From contig JAWKTM010000007.1 of the NCBI GenBank assembly GCA_041399085.1, positions 87,822 through 151,821 on the forward strand: 64,000 bases of DNA. Reading direction: 5' to 3'. This document shows, one piece after another, positions 59,231-64,000 of the stretch. The stretch comes from Pirellulaceae bacterium. Lineage in GTDB: Bacteria; Planctomycetota; Planctomycetia; Pirellulales; Pirellulaceae. The first letter of the stretch is position 1; each line of letters opens with the position of its first letter. The notes beneath the pieces were generated by a model, which was not told where the DNA came from, searched no databases, and saw only the letters and a list, made by a program, of their open reading frames with translations. Position numbers and translations under genes: made by a program.

Positions 59231-59450
59231 ACGCTACCGATCGAGACGCGCTAATGGGGCGGGAAAATACACAGAATGCAGGTTTCAAAGCAACAGGGAT
59301 TTTTGACAAATCGCAGGCAATTGCCAATCATTTTTGTTTCCGTCGCGAGTCCATGTTTTCGTCTTGGCGATCCCGAAAAGCTGTGATACTCTTCCGCCCG
59401 CACTTGGATGCTCAAGGAAGACATCTCACGTCCACGGGAGGGATTTAGGC

Positions 59451-59969
59451 ATGCAAGCCTCGAATAAGCAGGATGTTTGCGTTCATATTCGTTGGATGAT
59501 TCGGCGCGACATGCCCGAAGTATTGGAGATCGAAGAACGCAGCTTCGAGTTCCCTTGGACCGAAGAAGACTTCATCCGCTGCCTGCGTCAACGCAACTGC
59601 ATCGGCATGGTCGCCGAGCACGACGAGCACGTTGTCGGCTTCATGATTTACGAACTGCACAAGACGCGATTGCACATTCTCAACTTCGCGGTGAACCCGG
59701 CCTTTCGCCGCCGGGGCGTGGGCGAAGCGATGGTGGGCAAGCTGATTAGCAAGCTGTCGCCGCAACGCCGCAATCACATTCGCTTGGAAGTTCGCGAGAC
59801 GAACTTGCCCGCGCAGTTGTTCTTCAAGAACAGCGGCTTCGTGGCGACTTCGGTTCTGAAGGATTTTTACGACGACACGACCGAAGACGCCTATGTGATG
59901 ATCTTGCGTCATCAGAACTCGGAAAGCGAGTTCATGCCGATCAATCGCATCTCGCGGTTGGCGGGCTGA
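59451..59969 (+). CDS. GNAT N-acetyltransferase (RimI-like)
   Basis: HILNFAVNPAFRRRGVGEAMV acetyl-CoA binding motif; GGGAGGG RBS. Confidence 0.8.
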   Translation: MQASNKQDVCVHIRWMIRRDMPEVLEIEERSFEFPWTEEDFIRCLRQRNCIGMVAEHDEHVVGFMIYELHKTRLHILNFAVNPAFRRRGVGEAMVGKLISKLSPQRRNHIRLEVRETNLPAQLFFKNSGFVATSVLKDFYDDTTEDAYVMILRHQNSESEFMPINRISRLAG

Positions 59970-59990
59970 AGCGAACGCGAGGCCGCTGCC

Positions 59991-60785
59991 TCAATCGCAG
60001 ACAATGATCCAGCCGTTGGCTCGCAACGATTGCAGCAGCCACGGCCGCGGCAACAGACGATCGCGCCGCGTATCCAGCGGGATCAATTCTCTCAATCGAA
60101 AGCCGGACGCGCGCAGCAGGCGTTTGATCTCGCCGCGCGTGAATACGTGCAGAAACATGTTCGGCACGCCGCGATACTCGAAATAGCGATCGCCCGCCTC
60201 CACTTCGCGGCTGAACCAAGATTGCAGCCAGTTGCTGATGACCCACCACGGGCCGCCGGGGTCGTACAAGTTGTACCAATAGTTGTGTAGGTGCAGCACG
60301 AATACGCCGCCTGGCTTCAAAATGCGGCGCGTCTCGCGCATCGCTTGCACGCGATTTCGCCATCCGCGAATCATGCCGAGCGTGCTAAACAGCGACATCG
60401 CATAGTCGAGCGAGGCGTCCGGCAAACAATCCAGCTCGACCAAGTTGGCTCGAACACACACGATCGGCAAGTCGCCTTGATGCGCTTTTTCCTCGACGAT
60501 TTCCAACATTCGCTGCGAGAGATCGACGGCCAGGCCGTGAAAACCGCGCTCGACCAACGGCACCAGCGCTCGGCCCGTGCCGCAACCAAGATCGGCCACC
60601 CAAGTCGGGCCGTCGTCGCGCAAATGAAAGTGTCGCGCGAGCACTTGGCCATCCAGCTCAAACAGCCGATTGAAGGCGAAGTAATCATCGTAGCCGTCCG
60701 CGATGTGGTCGGCTGTCGCGTATTCCCACAGCCCGCGAGACACGCCGATGGGCAATTGCCAAGCGGCTCGATGCGATCGGTTCAT
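59991..60785 (-). CDS. Class I SAM-dependent methyltransferase
   Basis: VADLGCGTGR motif I; likely start MNRSHRAAW, internal to the track ORF. Confidence 0.75.
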   Translation of the reverse strand: MNRSHRAAWQLPIGVSRGLWEYATADHIADGYDDYFAFNRLFELDGQVLARHFHLRDDGPTWVADLGCGTGRALVPLVERGFHGLAVDLSQRMLEIVEEKAHQGDLPIVCVRANLVELDCLPDASLDYAMSLFSTLGMIRGWRNRVQAMRETRRILKPGGVFVLHLHNYWYNLYDPGGPWWVISNWLQSWFSREVEAGDRYFEYRGVPNMFLHVFTRGEIKRLLRASGFRLRELIPLDTRRDRLLPRPWLLQSLRANGWIIVCD

Positions 60786-60921
60786 GGATGGCGGGCAGCT
60801 CGTGGAAACAAGGAAAAAGGCCGATTCTACGTCTGACCGACAAGCCGCAACATCGGGCATCGGCGGTGAAAACGATCGACGATCGCGGATTCACTTGGAG
60901 CGACTCTCGTGCGGGACTAAG

Positions 60922-63804
60922 ATGGCGAGCTATTTTCTGGGGCAACCGCCGTCGGACGATGGCGCGACTTGCAAAAGCCGTTCGTTTTCCGTTCCGATCG
61001 CGTATCGCATGCAAACCTTGGCCAAATTCGTCAGTCGCCGCTGGTGGGCCGTGATGCTGTTTTGGGCAGTCGCGGTGGCGCTGCTGCGAGGATTCGCGCC
61101 GGCTTGGGATGACGTGACTCACGACGGCAATTTAGCCTTTCTGCCCGCTGACCGTCCCAGTGTCATCGGCGAACAGTGGCTTGAAGAAGCCTTTCCGTAT
61201 GATCGCGCGAAGAGTCAGATCGTGATCGTTGTGGCTCGCGAGGATCGGCCGCTGGAGATGGGCGATTTTGCCGTCGGCTACGATCTCGCTAGGCGATTTC
61301 GCAATCTGCAAGGCGCCGCGGCAATGGGCCGAGCCGCCGAGCTAGACGCGTCGGCGAATGCGGCCCGCGAAAAACACGATCAAGTCGCCGCGAACAAGTG
61401 GGCCGAACGGGCCGATCGAACTCGGCAAACGGCGCTCGCGGCTTTCGATGAAGCCGTGTTGTTCGACGAATTGCTGTACGAGCACGCCGACGAGCTGCGC
61501 GACGCGAACGCGGAAGGCGACGATTCGCTGGCCATCGAAAGGTTGGCCGAAGCCTATTGGAATCGAGCGCTCGTACGCGAAAGCCTGGGCGAAAAAGACG
61601 CCGCGGCCGAAGACCGTCGCATCGCGATGCTGCTTGATCCCGAATCGGTGAATGCGGACGACGAACCTCTGCCCCACAACGCCAAGAATTGGCCGCTATT
61701 GGACGTGTGGACTTGGCGAGATGGATTGTTGGGAAAGAAATTGGGGGACGGCAATCGGCACGCGCGCCTGATCATCCTGCAACTTTCCAACGAGTTCATG
61801 GATACGGGAAATATGCAGTTGATCGAGGACGTGGAACGCGTGGTCGACGACGTGCGGCGAACAGCTCCGCGTCTGACCGATGCCGGACTGCGTATCGGTT
61901 TATCCGGCTCGGCGGCGATTGGCGGGGATATGCGGCGAGCGGCGGCGGCCGGTATTAAGAACACGGAGCTTTTCACGCTACTCTTAGTATTGGTGATTCT
62001 CACAGTCGTTTATCGTTCGCCATTATTGGTGGCCGTACCATTGATTTCGATCGCCGTGGCTTTCCTGGCTTCGACCAGCTTGGTCGCTCTGCTGACACAA
62101 TTGGATCAACTGCCCGGATTTTCATGGTGGTCGCTGAAGATTTTCACCACGTCACGGATCTTTATCGTGGCGATCCTGTTCGGTGCGGGAACGGACTACT
62201 GTTTATTCTTGATCGCCCGCTATCGAGAAGAACTTGCTCATTGCGGTTCGGCGGAATTGGCCGTGCAACGCGCGCTTTCGGGTGTGGGCGACGCACTTGC
62301 CGCCAGCGCGCTCACAACCATTTTGGGTTTGGCCATGATGTGGTTCGCCGATTTTGGCAAGTTCCATTACACCGGTCCGATGATCGGATTGTGTTTGGTC
62401 ATCACGCTCTTGACATGTGTGACACTGACGCCCGCGCTGTTGCGAGTGGCCGGAAAACGGGTCTTCTGGCCGACGCGATTGGAATCTTATGGGCATCCAA
62501 AATCCACCAGCACGGCCCAGCGAGTTTGGCAGTGGATGGCTCGGGCCATCGTAACGCGTCCGGGATTGGTGTTGTGTGTCAGCTTGGTTTTGCTCGCGCC
62601 ACTTGCTGGTTTCGGATATTCGCAATCCGATCATGTAACTTATGATTTCGCCGCGGATCTATCATCGGATTGGCCCAGCCGACAAGGGACGGAACTGTTA
62701 GAACAGTATTTCCCCGTGGGTGAAAGTGGTCCGTTAACGGTCCTCGTGCGACGGCCGGAAGGTCGTTTCGATGACGAGGCTGGACGCCAGCAGTTGACGA
62801 CATTGACCGAGGCGATGTATGTGGACGGAGTGAAGGCGGTTCGCAGTCTAACGGACCCATTGGGCGAGTTTCGCCCTGGTCAGCGAACCGGCGCTTCGGC
62901 GTCGCGAGCTTGGCGACGGTGGATGTTGGCTCATCGAGACCGCACGAACGAGCTGTTCGTGGCCCAAAACGGCGAGAATGCGGGCAAGATTGCTCGATTC
63001 GACATTATCCTGCGCGACGATCCGTTTTCGGTCGCGGCGGCCGAAACGTTGGCTCGCGTTGACGATCGTTTGCATCAACTGGCGACCGAAACTCCGATGT
63101 GGCGAGGCGTTCGCTTCGCCTACGCCGGAACGACGGCCGGTATTCGCGATCTGCGCGCGGTCACTCGCACCGACAACGCTCGCATACAGATTCTGGTCGT
63201 CGCGGCGGTATTCCTCGTGCTGTTAGTGATTCTGCGTCGCCCGGTTATTTGTGTATATATGATGGCGACCGTGTTGCTCAGCTATTACGTCACCATGGGT
63301 TTGACTCATCTATATTTCGGTTGGGTCTATGGCGACTCGTATCAAGGGCTAGACTGGAAGGCCCCGCTATTCTTGTTTGTGATTTTGGTCGCCGTGGGGC
63401 AAGACTACAACGTCTATCTCGCCACGCGGGTGTTTGAGGAACAGGGCTCGTTCGGCTTGTTCGCCGGACTGCGACGGGCGATTGTGAGCACCGGCGGCAT
63501 TATTACCAGTTGCGGTGTGATTATGGCGGGAACGTTTGTCTCGATGACCAGCGGCAGTTGGGCCGCGTATCTACCGGATTGGCTGCCTGGCAAGGGTTGG
63601 TTGTTTGTCCAAGCCGGCACGTTGCGAGGCATCGCGGAGCTGGGGTTCGCCCTTGCGTTGGGCGTGCTCTTGGACACGTTCGTGGTGCGTCCGGTGCTAG
63701 TGCCCGCGTTCATGGCTTTACAGGCTCGGTGGATGGCTGGGCGCGAGCAACGTCTGTCGGCCGCCGCCTACGCCTATGAAAACTCCACACGAATAAGTTC
63801 GTGA
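60922..63804 (+). CDS. MMPL/RND-superfamily transporter
   Basis: Two 6-TM bundles separated by periplasmic domains; MMPL-type motifs (GTDYCLFLIARYREE; GQDYNVYLATRVFEE). The start is uncertain (60922 or ~61010). Confidence 0.8.
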   Translation: MASYFLGQPPSDDGATCKSRSFSVPIAYRMQTLAKFVSRRWWAVMLFWAVAVALLRGFAPAWDDVTHDGNLAFLPADRPSVIGEQWLEEAFPYDRAKSQIVIVVAREDRPLEMGDFAVGYDLARRFRNLQGAAAMGRAAELDASANAAREKHDQVAANKWAERADRTRQTALAAFDEAVLFDELLYEHADELRDANAEGDDSLAIERLAEAYWNRALVRESLGEKDAAAEDRRIAMLLDPESVNADDEPLPHNAKNWPLLDVWTWRDGLLGKKLGDGNRHARLIILQLSNEFMDTGNMQLIEDVERVVDDVRRTAPRLTDAGLRIGLSGSAAIGGDMRRAAAAGIKNTELFTLLLVLVILTVVYRSPLLVAVPLISIAVAFLASTSLVALLTQLDQLPGFSWWSLKIFTTSRIFIVAILFGAGTDYCLFLIARYREELAHCGSAELAVQRALSGVGDALAASALTTILGLAMMWFADFGKFHYTGPMIGLCLVITLLTCVTLTPALLRVAGKRVFWPTRLESYGHPKSTSTAQRVWQWMARAIVTRPGLVLCVSLVLLAPLAGFGYSQSDHVTYDFAADLSSDWPSRQGTELLEQYFPVGESGPLTVLVRRPEGRFDDEAGRQQLTTLTEAMYVDGVKAVRSLTDPLGEFRPGQRTGASASRAWRRWMLAHRDRTNELFVAQNGENAGKIARFDIILRDDPFSVAAAETLARVDDRLHQLATETPMWRGVRFAYAGTTAGIRDLRAVTRTDNARIQILVVAAVFLVLLVILRRPVICVYMMATVLLSYYVTMGLTHLYFGWVYGDSYQGLDWKAPLFLFVILVAVGQDYNVYLATRVFEEQGSFGLFAGLRRAIVSTGGIITSCGVIMAGTFVSMTSGSWAAYLPDWLPGKGWLFVQAGTLRGIAELGFALALGVLLDTFVVRPVLVPAFMALQARWMAGREQRLSAAAYAYENSTRISS

Positions 63805-63849
63805 CGCGCGACTCGCTTCCTTCTCACAACTTCGTGGTGATCGCTCCGC

Positions 63850-64000
63850 ATGGCTCGCATTCTCATAACTTCTGGACCGACACGTCAATACATCGATCCA
63901 GTGCGATATCTCACGAACGCTTCCAGCGGACGCATGGGGAGCGCGCTTGCCGCCGCGGCGTTGGCCGACGGTCATGAAGTGATCGTGGTATCCGGGCCGG
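63850..64000 (+). CDS. coaB: Phosphopantothenate--cysteine ligase (CoaB domain), 5' partial, runs off the window
   Basis: [50 protein letters not shown] matches the CoaB signature (ITSGPTRE..D.VRF.SN.SSGKMG). Confidence 0.7.
   Translation, partial: MARILITSGPTRQYIDPVRYLTNASSGRMGSALAAAALADGHEVIVVSGP

Overview
GC-rich (~65-70%) segment with Planctomycetota (Pirellulales-like) gene content: PSCyt1/DUF1549/DUF1553 protein, PVC-type dehydrogenase-HEAT-cytochrome c proteins, GxxExxY and four-helix-bundle proteins, Tat-signal oxidoreductases, and a sigma-54 two-component pair. The outstanding feature is a dense one-strand array of about 35 tRNA and tRNA-like genes at ~23.9-28.3 kb. Many members are non-canonical: C33 in the anticodon loop, Leu anticodons on short-variable-arm scaffolds, expanded or irregular anticodon domains, and degenerate copies. 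The array also carries GAGGCTTGAG-type repeats, a long perfect hairpin, mini tRNA-like modules and a multiply frameshifted HNH endonuclease gene. A second theme is a high density of frameshift-interrupted genes: RluA-like, aldose epimerase, PQQ propeller, GT39, HNH, Gfo/Idh/MocA, and two dehydrogenase-HEAT-cytochrome c genes. This indicates either real pseudogenisation or indel errors in the assembly; one tRNA anticodon loop is also missing a base. Other notable items are a four-gene minus-strand cluster ending in a 2008-aa secreted tandem-repeat protein, an ~85-bp direct repeat flanking a GxxExxY gene, tandem 36-bp palindromic repeats, and low-complexity secreted proteins. Tools for homology, tRNAscan or RNA folding were not available; all calls come from reading the sequence and the ORF track.
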